Both the position numbers and the translations under genes were made by a program. Positions 45,745 through 54,952 of a DNA stretch of 64,000 nt are shown here, one piece after another. The DNA is from Flavobacteriales bacterium (GTDB lineage: Bacteria; Bacteroidota; Bacteroidia; UBA10329), in contig JAGYJL010000007.1 in the NCBI GenBank assembly GCA_018402015.1, positions 13,440 through 77,439 of the forward strand, read 5' to 3'. Numbering within the stretch: position 1 is the stretch's first letter; every line of letters begins with the position of its first letter. The notes below the pieces were generated by a model. The model was not told the origin of the DNA. It did no database searches and was given only the letters and a program-made list of their open reading frames with translations.

Positions 45745-46707
45745 ATGAAGGACCGCTGGCTTTTTATCATCAATCCTGCTTCGGCCGATGGCAAGGGAGG
45801 TATTAAGTGGAAATCAGTACATCAGGCCATGCTCAAGGCTGGTTTCGACCCAGTTGTGTGGTCTTCTGAGTACAACGGCCATATTGAGCAATTGGTGGAG
45901 CGCGCCTGTACAGAGGGCTTTCGCAAAATTGCATCTTACGGAGGAGATGGCTCTTTGAATGCTGCGGTGAATGGCCTGCTTGTTCAAAGATCGTGTAATC
46001 CAGACGAGGTTCTGTTAGCGCATTATCCGAGTGGTACTGGTAACGATTGGTGCAGGTTCTTCAAGGTGCCCAATAACCCAAAAGATTGGGTATCCATGGC
46101 TAACAATGGACTGGAGTTCAGGCAAGATCTAGGCATCATTGACCTGATGAAGAAAGGAAAACCTGCTAAGCATTACTTCGTGAACATAGCAGGAGTTGCC
46201 TACGAATCGCAATGTGCCGTATTGATAACTGAGGCCAGAAAAAGTTCTAACCTGTTGCAAGGCAAGCTCTTTTACGACTATATCGTCTTTAAAGGATTAT
46301 TGTCTTTTGAAGTACCTGAACTTACCCTGAAATACGATGGCAAGGTTCGGAAAGAGAAGATATTCAACCTCAGTGTTGCCATTTGCAGACACAATGGAGG
46401 TGGAATGCTTCCTGCACCTTACGCAGATCCAAGCGATGGAATGTTCGATGTAACCGTTTTTGAGGATATGCCTAAATGGATGGTTTTGAAAGACTATCCG
46501 AAACTAAGAGCGGGCACCATTTTCAAGAATCCGAAAATCACGTCATTCAGAACAGATAAAATTGAGATTATCCGAACAGACAGGCCTGATTACATTGAAG
46601 CCGATGGTGAATTTGTTGGGATGGGACCTGCCACCTTTACAACAGAGAAACAGGCTTTACGTGTTCTCGTTGGAGAGATTCCAGAAGAAAAAGTATTCCC
46701 CTTTTAA
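45745..46707 (+). CDS. DAGK-catalytic-domain lipid kinase (YegS/BmrU family)
   Basis: FIINPASADGKG, then ASYGGDGSLNAAVNGL (the GGDG motif of the DAGKc fold) and HYPSGTGND. Confidence 0.8.
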   Translation: MKDRWLFIINPASADGKGGIKWKSVHQAMLKAGFDPVVWSSEYNGHIEQLVERACTEGFRKIASYGGDGSLNAAVNGLLVQRSCNPDEVLLAHYPSGTGNDWCRFFKVPNNPKDWVSMANNGLEFRQDLGIIDLMKKGKPAKHYFVNIAGVAYESQCAVLITEARKSSNLLQGKLFYDYIVFKGLLSFEVPELTLKYDGKVRKEKIFNLSVAICRHNGGGMLPAPYADPSDGMFDVTVFEDMPKWMVLKDYPKLRAGTIFKNPKITSFRTDKIEIIRTDRPDYIEADGEFVGMGPATFTTEKQALRVLVGEIPEEKVFPF

Positions 46708-46711
46708 AACA

Positions 46712-46743
46712 AAGACCTGTTAGGCATTGATCTAACAGGTCTT
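46712..46743. terminator. bidirectional stem-loop between convergent genes
   Basis: AAGACCTGTTAG-gcattgat-CTAACAGGTCTT forms a 12-bp perfect stem. Confidence 0.7.
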
Positions 46744-46777
46744 GATTCTTCACCTTGGGGTGGAACAAGAGTTCGTC

Positions 46778-47605
46778 TTATTTCTTGCGCATGATAAGCA
46801 ACGGTGTTTTGCTGTGCATGGTCATTTCTTCCGTGTAGCTTGTGTCAAAAAGGTACTCTAAAATACCCGATTTGTATGTGAACATAGCTACGAGGTCAGG
46901 ACGATCTGATTCTACGAACTTGTCCAAACCAGCAATAATGTCAGAATCCATAACCGCGTTGAAGGTGATCTGTGGATAACTGGTCGAAGCTATGAGTTCA
47001 AGTTTGGTGGCTTCCTCGTCAAAGGTGCTTGGGTCTATCATGTCCGGATAAACATGTACCACATCGATGGTGGCATTGAAGAACTGTGCGAAAGCTATCA
47101 ACTCTTCAATTTCCTCATCAATATTGGTAAGATCCGTAGCAAAAGCAATATGCGATGGATTATTGGTAGCATCTGCGTTTGACGGAACAAATATGGTAGG
47201 GCAGGAGACATGCTCCAATACGCCAGCTGCCACAGAACCAAAGATCTTGTTCTTTATCACGGATTCTCCTTTCGTTCCCATAACGATGAGGTCGATCTTG
47301 TGCTCCTTGCTGTAAGATTCCAAAACCTCAATTGGATCACCATGAACCATATCGCAATGAATCTTAGCATCTATTCCTGTTGACTTTCGCAACGAATTCG
47401 CCAAATCATTACTCGTTTTCAGCGACTCTGCTCGAAGTAGATCATCAAGCTTATTCACAAAGGCATAAGAAGGTCTTGGGATATTATCGCAGTGAAGAAG
47501 AACATATTCAGCATCAATGTTGGATGACAACGAAATAGCATATTCAGCTGCTTTGCGTGCAATGATGGAATAATCGGTAGGAATTAAGATTCGAAGCTTT
47601 TTCAT
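46778..47605 (-). CDS. tandem-domain universal stress protein
   Basis: Start at MKKLRILIPTDYS (ATG 47603-47605), 1 nt after the upstream stop. Two Usp halves, each ending in G..G....GS-type ATP motifs (MGTKGES...IFGSVA). Confidence 0.8.
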   Translation of the reverse strand: MKKLRILIPTDYSIIARKAAEYAISLSSNIDAEYVLLHCDNIPRPSYAFVNKLDDLLRAESLKTSNDLANSLRKSTGIDAKIHCDMVHGDPIEVLESYSKEHKIDLIVMGTKGESVIKNKIFGSVAAGVLEHVSCPTIFVPSNADATNNPSHIAFATDLTNIDEEIEELIAFAQFFNATIDVVHVYPDMIDPSTFDEEATKLELIASTSYPQITFNAVMDSDIIAGLDKFVESDRPDLVAMFTYKSGILEYLFDTSYTEEMTMHSKTPLLIMRKK

Positions 47606-47606
47606 G

Positions 47607-48851
47607 TTAGATCGTAGTAACGATTTTGTCTGTGTTGTACTTGCCTGCAGTGAGGAACTCACGGATCTTGGTGAATGTATCGATGGTGTATTTTACATCC
47701 TCTAAGGTGTGCACCGCAGTAGGAATAAGACGAAGGAGAATGATTCCCTTGGGCACCACAGGATAAACCACCATGGAGCAGAAGATATCGTAATTCTCAC
47801 GGAGATCAACTATCAAAGCAGTGGCCTCTGGAATGGTTCCGTTAAGGTAAACAGGCGTTACACAGGATTGCGTATCACCAATATCAAATCCAGCATTGGT
47901 CAATCCTTGCTGCAAGGCACGAACAATGGTCCAAAGTTTATCCTTCAATTCTGGGCTTTTTCTTAGTAGTTCCAAGCGTTTCAGTGCACCGATCACAATT
48001 GGCATTGGTAGACTTTTTGCGAAGATCTGTGAACGCATGTTGTAACGCAGGTAATCGATCACATCGGCTTCTCCGGCTACAAAACCTCCAATACTGGCCA
48101 TGCTTTTTGCAAAGGTTCCGAAGTAGATATCAATTCCATCCTGACAACCTTGTTGCTCGCCAGTGCCAGCACCTGTTTTTCCTTGCGTGCCAAAACCGTG
48201 TGCATCATCTACAAACAGGCGGAAACTGTATTTCTTCTTCAGTTCCACAATTTCTTTAAGGCTTCCTTGCACACCGCTCATACCAAAAACACCTTCGGTA
48301 ATAACCAGCACACCGCCTCCTTGCGCTTCAGCCAGCTTCGTTGCACGTTGTAATTGCTTCTCAAGATTCTCGATGTTGTTATGCGGATAAACAAAACGCT
48401 TACCCATATGCAAACGAACACCATCTAAGATGCAAGCGTGCGAATCTGAATCATAAACGATCACATCATGCCGGTTTACCAACGCATCGATTGCTGAAAC
48501 CATTCCTTGGTAACCGAAGTTGAGCAGATACGCATCAGGCTTCATCACGAAGTCGGCCAATTCGCGCTCCAATTGTTCGTGGTATTGCGTCTGACCGCTC
48601 ATCATTCGAGCTCCCATCGGGTAGGCCATTCCCCAATCGCGGGCGGCATCTGCATCAGCTTTTCTGACTTCCGGATGGTTTCCCAGGCCGAGGTAATTGT
48701 TCAAGCTCCAAACAAGACGTTTCTTGCCATTGAACATCATTCGGTTACTTATCTCTCCTTCCAATTTTGGAAAAGTGAAATAACCATGCGCTTCTTTCGC
48801 GTGTGCCCCCAAAGGGCCGCGATTGTTCTTAATTCTTTCGAAAATATCCAT
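47607..48851 (-). CDS. alpha-oxoamine synthase family PLP enzyme (Kbl/BioF/SPT-like)
   Basis: 414 aa. SLNNYLGLGNHPEV, FVDDAHGFG, and the PLP-Lys motif GTFAKSMASIGGF. Confidence 0.85.
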   Translation of the reverse strand: MDIFERIKNNRGPLGAHAKEAHGYFTFPKLEGEISNRMMFNGKKRLVWSLNNYLGLGNHPEVRKADADAARDWGMAYPMGARMMSGQTQYHEQLERELADFVMKPDAYLLNFGYQGMVSAIDALVNRHDVIVYDSDSHACILDGVRLHMGKRFVYPHNNIENLEKQLQRATKLAEAQGGGVLVITEGVFGMSGVQGSLKEIVELKKKYSFRLFVDDAHGFGTQGKTGAGTGEQQGCQDGIDIYFGTFAKSMASIGGFVAGEADVIDYLRYNMRSQIFAKSLPMPIVIGALKRLELLRKSPELKDKLWTIVRALQQGLTNAGFDIGDTQSCVTPVYLNGTIPEATALIVDLRENYDIFCSMVVYPVVPKGIILLRLIPTAVHTLEDVKYTIDTFTKIREFLTAGKYNTDKIVTTI

Positions 48852-48952
48852 TTGGTCTTTGCTAAAGATGTAGCAAAGGTATCTGTTCCCCTTTTGAGAC
48901 TAATTGATGGATGTAAAAGTTTTGAACGGTGAATTCGGTATAATTTCCTCGC

Positions 48953-49840
48953 CTATTCTCCTAGAATAGCCTTGTTCAATGCGTCAATACTGGCCTCTTC
49001 CATGAATAGACTGTTCAGTTTAAAGTAACTGCCTTTGTCCAACACGTAAGGGTAGGCGTAGCTGGCCACATCCAATCTTGCCTGTTCGCTTTGGTACAAT
49101 GCCACAACAGCTCCAACCTGATCGGTAGTAAGACAATTTGTGCTTACGATCTGCTTGCCAGATTGGACCATTCCTTCTTCTGTGGTACGCATGGTTATAC
49201 TCTTTAGAGCCAACTCAAAATCCTGATTATTCAAAACTGTACCCGTGCATGGCAGGGCAGAAGCAGTAGTTGCCGGTGCGCCTTGAACAGTAGTGGTTGT
49301 TACCGTTTCTTCCACCACGGGTAGCGTGTTGCCTGTGTTTATATTCACACGACCACCAAATCCGCCAAAACTCATGTTAACTCCATCTTGCTGACTTTCA
49401 ACTACGCGCGTTGTGGTAGTGGTCTGCTGCACAGCCGTACCCGTTCCTTGATTGACTACCACTACTGTTGGGTTTCTGTCCTCCTCAATGTAGCGCGGAT
49501 ATAAGCTTTGCGATTTCCAACCGATCTTCATCGGTCCTTTCTTACTGTGTTCTACCACAAACGTGACATCCACCCGGTTACCATGCGAATCGGTAAGTTG
49601 CAGCAACTTGCGATTGGCAGGTTCCAAAGCCGGGTCTTCAAAAACGGCTTCGCAAGAGTAGTATGGTTGTGTAAGGTTAATGAGTCTTACTTCCGTTTGC
49701 GGAACGTCATTCATCTTCTGTCCGTTGAGATAAATGGTAAAGGGGTACCCCTCTTTGCTATAAAAAGTAGCGTGCGACACTTGCTGTGCAAAAGTGTTAA
49801 GTCCAAGGAAAAACGAGAAAAGAACAAATGAAAACCGCAT
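48953..49840 (-). CDS. DUF4476-like secreted protein
   Basis: Signal peptide. C-terminal ...LTTDQVGAVVALYQSEQARLDVASYAYPYVLDKGSYFKLNSLF fits the DUF4476 pattern. Confidence 0.55.
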   Translation of the reverse strand: MRFSFVLFSFFLGLNTFAQQVSHATFYSKEGYPFTIYLNGQKMNDVPQTEVRLINLTQPYYSCEAVFEDPALEPANRKLLQLTDSHGNRVDVTFVVEHSKKGPMKIGWKSQSLYPRYIEEDRNPTVVVVNQGTGTAVQQTTTTTRVVESQQDGVNMSFGGFGGRVNINTGNTLPVVEETVTTTTVQGAPATTASALPCTGTVLNNQDFELALKSITMRTTEEGMVQSGKQIVSTNCLTTDQVGAVVALYQSEQARLDVASYAYPYVLDKGSYFKLNSLFMEEASIDALNKAILGE

Positions 49841-49968
49841 GATTTATGGTCTACAATATTTGGAGGCAAATTTCGCATTAAGATGCTTGTGTGCTAATGG
49901 CAGATTTAATGAGTAGTTGGCCTAATAAATGATCAAAACAAGCGTTACTTCCGCGTAATCGAAAAAAC

Positions 49969-49976
49969 TATCTTTG
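49969..49976 (+). promoter_or_regulatory. candidate -7 box (TATCTTTG) directly upstream of bamD
   Basis: Exact TAnnTTTG ending 5 nt before the bamD ATG (49982). No convincing -33 TTTG was seen. Confidence 0.3.
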
Positions 49977-49981
49977 CGGCC

Positions 49982-50791
49982 ATGTTAAAAAAGGCGTCTC
50001 CAGCCGTACTCCTTCTGTTCATTTTAACCGTCTTTGCAGGATGTAGCAAGTATCAGCGCATTCTTAAGAGCAACGATTTTGAACAGAAATTCGACATGGC
50101 CAAGGTTTATTATGACAATGGCAAGTACCAGAAGGCGTTCCCTTTGTTTGAAGAATTGATCACTGTTTTTCGCGGAACCAGTAAGGCCGAGGATGTCTAT
50201 TACTATTACGCTTACTGCAATTACCATTTGGGCGATTACATGTTGGCCGGGTATCACTTCGACAACTTCGTTCGAACATTTCCAAGAAGTTCGCGTGCTG
50301 AGGATGCGCAGTTTATGAATGCGAAGTGCTATTTCTTGGATTCTGCTGAACCAAGTTTAGATCAAGCTAGTACAACAAAAGCAATTGATGAGTTGCAACT
50401 GTTCGTCAACAAATACCCGGAAAGTCCAAAGGTTGATGAGTGCAATGAATTGATGGACCGACTTAGATACAAGTTGGAAACAAAAAGCTACGATGGAGCT
50501 AAACTTTACTATAGACTTGGTGAATATAAAGCTGCTATCTTTGCGCTCCGAAATACGCTGACAGAATTTCCAGACACTAAGTTCAGAGAAGAAATAAGTT
50601 TCATGATTCTAAGATCAAGCTTCTTATTGGCTAATAACAGTGTTGACGAAAAGAAAGTAGAGCGATTTGAGCAGACCTTAAGAGAATGTGACGAATTCAA
50701 GGAGCGTTTTCCGAGGTCTAAAAACGTAAAAGAGGCGGAGAACATAAAAGAGAATTCCAAGAAAGAACTTGAAAAGATAAAAACCCTGTAA
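49982..50791 (+). CDS. bamD: outer membrane protein assembly factor BamD
   Basis: Lipobox LTVFAGC. TPR-like YYDNGKYQKAFPLFEELI...YYYAYCNYHLGDYMLAGYHFDNFVRTFPRS is typical of Bacteroidetes BamD. Confidence 0.8.
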   Translation: MLKKASPAVLLLFILTVFAGCSKYQRILKSNDFEQKFDMAKVYYDNGKYQKAFPLFEELITVFRGTSKAEDVYYYYAYCNYHLGDYMLAGYHFDNFVRTFPRSSRAEDAQFMNAKCYFLDSAEPSLDQASTTKAIDELQLFVNKYPESPKVDECNELMDRLRYKLETKSYDGAKLYYRLGEYKAAIFALRNTLTEFPDTKFREEISFMILRSSFLLANNSVDEKKVERFEQTLRECDEFKERFPRSKNVKEAENIKENSKKELEKIKTL

Positions 50792-50792
50792 A

Positions 50793-51149
50793 ATGGAATA
50801 CAAGAACACAAAGGCCAAGAGAGATACGGTTACTCGCGATATGCGTCAGTTTGAGCGTGGCACAGACAACACGTTCGAAACGATTGCTATTATAGCCAAG
50901 CGTGCTAACCAGATCGGTTCTGACATCAAAGAAGAATTGAACGGAAAGTTGGCTGAGTTTGCTACATCTTCAGATAATCTTGAAGAGATTTTTGAGAATC
51001 GTGAGCAAATTGAGATCTCTAAATTCTACGAAGCACTTCCAAAACCTGTTTCTATAGCTACGGAAGAGTATTTGAATGATAAGATCTACTTCCGTAATCC
51101 TGCTAAGGAGGAAGGAGAAGCAGAAGCTTCTACCACGACAGAAGCCTAA
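50793..51149 (+). CDS. rpoZ: DNA-directed RNA polymerase subunit omega-like protein
   Basis: NTFETIAIIAKRANQI core. The bamD-rpoZ-coaBC synteny is common in Bacteroidetes. Confidence 0.7.
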   Translation: MEYKNTKAKRDTVTRDMRQFERGTDNTFETIAIIAKRANQIGSDIKEELNGKLAEFATSSDNLEEIFENREQIEISKFYEALPKPVSIATEEYLNDKIYFRNPAKEEGEAEASTTTEA

Positions 51150-51170
51150 TTTCAACTAACATTAGACCGC

Positions 51171-51195
51171 AAAACCCGACTTAGTTCGGGTTTTG
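51171..51195 (+). terminator. weak stem-loop after rpoZ
   Basis: AAAACCCGA-cttagt-TCGGGTTTT. The T-run is part of the stem. Confidence 0.45.
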
Positions 51196-51209
51196 ACGTA
51201 TATTACAAT

Positions 51210-51749
51210 ATGGAAGGCAAGAAGATTCTGGTAGGAGTAACTGGGGGCATTGCTGCTTACAAATCGCCTTTATTGGTGCGTCTCTTGGTTAAGGCAGGCG
51301 CAGAAGTAAAGGTAGTCTGTACCAGTGCTGCCTTTGATTTTGTTACACCACTTACGCTAAGTACGGTTTCCAAAAATCCGGTTGAAAGCGAATTCTTTGA
51401 TGATTCTGGTAACTGGAACAACCATGTTGATCTAGGACTTTGGGCAGATGCCTTAGTGGTTGCACCTGCCACTGCCAATACTATTGCCAAAATGGCTACG
51501 GGTCTTTGCGACAATCTTCTGTTGGCAACTTATCTTTCAGCTAGATGCCCTGTTGCATTTGCACCCGCTATGGATCTTGATATGCTCCAGCATCCTGCCG
51601 TTCAGAAGAATATCCAAACGCTTATTGAGCACGGAGATCATCTGATTGAACCAGGAGTTGGAGAATTGGCAAGTGGATTGGAAGGAAAAGGGCGAATGGC
51701 AGAGCCAGAAGAGATTTTTCAATTCCTGAAGGGACTGATCCATGCCTGA
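51210..51749 (+). CDS. coaC: phosphopantothenoylcysteine decarboxylase (CoaC flavoprotein domain, separate ORF)
   Basis: KILVGVTGGIAAYK, APATANTIAKMATGLCDNLL, GELASGLEGKGRMAEPEEI. It ends at TGA 51747-51749. Confidence 0.8.
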   Translation: MEGKKILVGVTGGIAAYKSPLLVRLLVKAGAEVKVVCTSAAFDFVTPLTLSTVSKNPVESEFFDDSGNWNNHVDLGLWADALVVAPATANTIAKMATGLCDNLLLATYLSARCPVAFAPAMDLDMLQHPAVQKNIQTLIEHGDHLIEPGVGELASGLEGKGRMAEPEEIFQFLKGLIHA

Positions 51750-52392
51750 TATTAGCGGAAAGAAGGTTCTTGTTACAGCAGGACCAACTCATGAACCAAT
51801 TGACCCGGTTCGCTTTATAGGCAATCATTCTTCTGGAAAAATGGGAATTGCCATTGCAGAGGAAGCTGCAAAAAATGGAGCAGAGGTTACACTGATCTGT
51901 GGCCCATCTCGAGTTGAATCATCTGTTAGCGTTAGACGAATTGACGTACAATCTGCACAACAAATGTTTGATGCTGTTATGGGTCTTCAAGCAGAAAATG
52001 ATGTGCTCGTTCTTTCTGCAGCAGTGGCTGATTATCGTCCGAAGCAGGTTGCATCGAATAAAATCAAGAAGAAAGACGCTGCTTTGGTCATAGAATTAGA
52101 GCCAACTCCAGACATTCTTGCCAGTTTAGGTGCTAAAAAGCGTCCAGACCAATTGTTGGTCGGGTTTGCGCTTGAGACGGATAATGAATTGCAAAACGCC
52201 CAATCAAAATTGAATCGAAAGAATTGTGATATAATCGTATTGAACTCGTTGCAAGACGCTGGAGCAGGATTTGGGCACGATACGAACAGGGTAACAATTC
52301 TAGATCGACACAATAATATCAGTACTTTTGAATTGAAGTCAAAAGCAGAAGTTGCCAAAGACATTCTGCAAAAAATCAAAGACTATAAATGA
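51742..52392 (+). CDS. coaB: phosphopantothenate-cysteine ligase (CoaB domain, separate ORF)
   Basis: GKKVLVTAGPTHEPIDPVRFIGNHSSGKMG, AAVADYRP. The ATG at 51742 overlaps the coaC stop (ATGCCTGA) in the +1 frame. Confidence 0.8.
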   Translation: MPDISGKKVLVTAGPTHEPIDPVRFIGNHSSGKMGIAIAEEAAKNGAEVTLICGPSRVESSVSVRRIDVQSAQQMFDAVMGLQAENDVLVLSAAVADYRPKQVASNKIKKKDAALVIELEPTPDILASLGAKKRPDQLLVGFALETDNELQNAQSKLNRKNCDIIVLNSLQDAGAGFGHDTNRVTILDRHNNISTFELKSKAEVAKDILQKIKDYK

Positions 52393-53285
52393 CACGGTTT
52401 TTTGCCACTTTTCTTCTCGTTTTCGTTGGATATCAGGTTCAATCTCAAGAGCTTAATTGCACCGTTTCTGTAATAAGCCCTCAGGTTCAGAACACAGAGA
52501 AACGAATCTTTGAAACACTTCAGAACGACATTCGGGAATTCATGAACACCCGTGCTTGGACCACAGACGTGTTCAAACTTGAGGAGCGCATTGAGTGCAG
52601 CATTCTTATAACAGTTACGGAGCGTATTTCCGCAGACCGGTTCAAGGCAACAATGCAGGTGCAATCAAGTCGCCCTGCGTATATGACGGCTTACAACTCC
52701 GTAATGCTCAATGCCAATGACCAAGACTTCACGTTTCAATACAACGAGAATCAACCGATCATTTTTCAAGATAACCAGCATAGCGATAATCTTAGCTCAG
52801 TTCTAGCATTCTACGCTTACATGATCATTGGAATGGATTACGACAGTTTTTCTTTAAAAGGAGGCGAGCCTTATTTTCAGAAAGCCCAACAGATCGTAAG
52901 TAATGCACAGAATGAAGCTGAAAGAGGATGGAAAGCCTTTGAGGGTTCGAGAAACAGGTACTGGTTGGTTGAGAACATGCTCAATGCAAGGTACGATGAA
53001 TTCAGAGGAGTGATTTACACGTATCACCGTGAGGGCTTGGACATGATGCAATCGGATGTTCAAACTGGGAGAAATGCTATTGCAGAATGTGTTCCAAAGC
53101 TTAAAAGAATCCGTCTCGATCAGCCCAATTCGTATCTACTTACCGTTTTCTTTACGGCCAAGGTTGACGAATTCATAAACATCTTCAAAGAAGCCTTTCC
53201 TGATGTGAAGACCAAGGTTGCGAACGACCTTATGCAAATGGACCCGGCCAACGCCAATAAGTATCAGGCAATTGTAAAAAGCTAA
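52389..53285 (+). CDS. porD: DUF4835 / T9SS component PorD-like protein
   Basis: ATGA overlap with coaB. Signal peptide, then QELNCTVSVISPQVQNTEKRIFETLQNDIREFMN is typical of DUF4835. Confidence 0.75.
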   Translation: MTRFFATFLLVFVGYQVQSQELNCTVSVISPQVQNTEKRIFETLQNDIREFMNTRAWTTDVFKLEERIECSILITVTERISADRFKATMQVQSSRPAYMTAYNSVMLNANDQDFTFQYNENQPIIFQDNQHSDNLSSVLAFYAYMIIGMDYDSFSLKGGEPYFQKAQQIVSNAQNEAERGWKAFEGSRNRYWLVENMLNARYDEFRGVIYTYHREGLDMMQSDVQTGRNAIAECVPKLKRIRLDQPNSYLLTVFFTAKVDEFINIFKEAFPDVKTKVANDLMQMDPANANKYQAIVKS

Positions 53286-53290
53286 ACGCT

Positions 53291-54952
53291 ATGTTGGCTC
53301 GGTTACACGTTCGGAACTATGCCATTATCTCAGAACTGGATGTTCAGTTTGCGGATGGTCTAACCATTATTACGGGAGAAACCGGTGCTGGAAAATCCAT
53401 TCTAATTGGAGCACTTTCGCTGGTTCTTGGAAAAAGAGCGGATAGTTCTGTTTTGTATGTAGCCGATGATAAGTGCGTGGTAGAGGCCCACTTCGATATC
53501 CGCTCATACGAGCTTCAGTCTTTCTTTACAGAGAATGACCTCGATTATGAACCGTTGACCATGCTCAGACGGGAAATTAACGCAAATGGAAAGTCTCGAG
53601 CATTCATAAACGATACACCGGTCAATCTTAATCAGCTTCGCGATCTGGCGTCTGTCCTCATTGATATTCATTCTCAGCATGAAGTCTTAACGTTGAAAAC
53701 ACCTGAATTCCGTGCTAGGTTTCTGGACGCATCTGCAGATGGCGGAAAGCAATTTGATAGGTTTCAGCGAGTGTTTACCGATTGGAGCGGACTAAAGCGC
53801 AAGGTTTTAAAGATGAAAACCGATTTGCAGAATGCATCAGCAGACGAGGATTACCTACGCTTTCAGTTGAATGAATTGACCGAACTGAATCTTCAAGAAG
53901 GCGAGTTGACTACGGCTCAGGAAAGACTGACCACTCTTGAGAATATGGAAGAGATCAATAGGTCTCTGTCTCAAATAAATCAAGGATTTTCAGGTGCTGA
54001 CGGAGCTTTGATCGACCTTTTACAATCGCTTGACGCTGAGGTGAGGTCGTTGGCAAGGAAATTCCCTAAAGCAAAGGATTGGTCTGACCGTTTGCATTCG
54101 AACCTGATCGACATCCAAGATATCGCTTCGGAACTGGAGAATGCAACTGGCGATATGAATGATGACCCTGCCGAATTGCTTGCGCTACAAGAACGTGTGG
54201 ATGAGATATTGCGGTTAATGACCAAGCATCGGAAACATTCTGAGACTGAGTTATTGGCTTTTCAGCAAGAGTTGGAAGAAAAACTGAGCGGAATCGGATA
54301 TTCAGATGAGCAACTTACGCTGCTGAATGCTGAACTTGAAATAAAGGGAGCGCAGTTGGAAGAAGAGGCTAACACGCTTTCGCAGCTTCGCAAAGCGGCA
54401 GCGGCAAGCTTGGCACCACAAATATGTGCCGAGTTGCATGAAATGGGCATGCCTGATGCTGAGATGAGCATCGAATTTGAGAAGACCGATATTGGGGCAC
54501 TTGGTCAGGATACTATCGAAATGAAGTTCACTTCCAATAAAGGACAATCACTTCAAGACATCAGCAAGGTTGCAAGTGGCGGAGAGTTGTCACGATTAAT
54601 GCTTGCTGTAAAATCAGAAATTGCCAAAACATCTAAACTTCCGGCCATCATTTTCGATGAAATAGATACAGGTGTTTCGGGCGATGTGGCTAATAAGGTC
54701 GGTTATAAGATCAAGAATCTGAGTAGCAGAATGCAGGTGCTGTGCATTACGCATTTGCCTCAGATCGCTTCAAAAGCGAATCAACATCTGTACGTTTACA
54801 AGGAAATTGAAAACGGAAAAACCATCACACAAGTGAGGGAGCTTAATAAGGAAGAACGGATCATTGAAGTAGCAAAGATGTTGAGCAACGCCAATCCTAC
54901 AGAGGCTGCGCTAACACATGCGAAAAACATGGTTGAAGAAACGACATCATAA
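53291..54952 (+). CDS. recN: DNA repair protein RecN
   Basis: Walker A GETGAGKS, coiled-coil middle, ABC signature ASGGELSRLMLA and Walker B IIFDEIDTG. Confidence 0.9.
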   Translation: MLARLHVRNYAIISELDVQFADGLTIITGETGAGKSILIGALSLVLGKRADSSVLYVADDKCVVEAHFDIRSYELQSFFTENDLDYEPLTMLRREINANGKSRAFINDTPVNLNQLRDLASVLIDIHSQHEVLTLKTPEFRARFLDASADGGKQFDRFQRVFTDWSGLKRKVLKMKTDLQNASADEDYLRFQLNELTELNLQEGELTTAQERLTTLENMEEINRSLSQINQGFSGADGALIDLLQSLDAEVRSLARKFPKAKDWSDRLHSNLIDIQDIASELENATGDMNDDPAELLALQERVDEILRLMTKHRKHSETELLAFQQELEEKLSGIGYSDEQLTLLNAELEIKGAQLEEEANTLSQLRKAAAASLAPQICAELHEMGMPDAEMSIEFEKTDIGALGQDTIEMKFTSNKGQSLQDISKVASGGELSRLMLAVKSEIAKTSKLPAIIFDEIDTGVSGDVANKVGYKIKNLSSRMQVLCITHLPQIASKANQHLYVYKEIENGKTITQVRELNKEERIIEVAKMLSNANPTEAALTHAKNMVEETTS

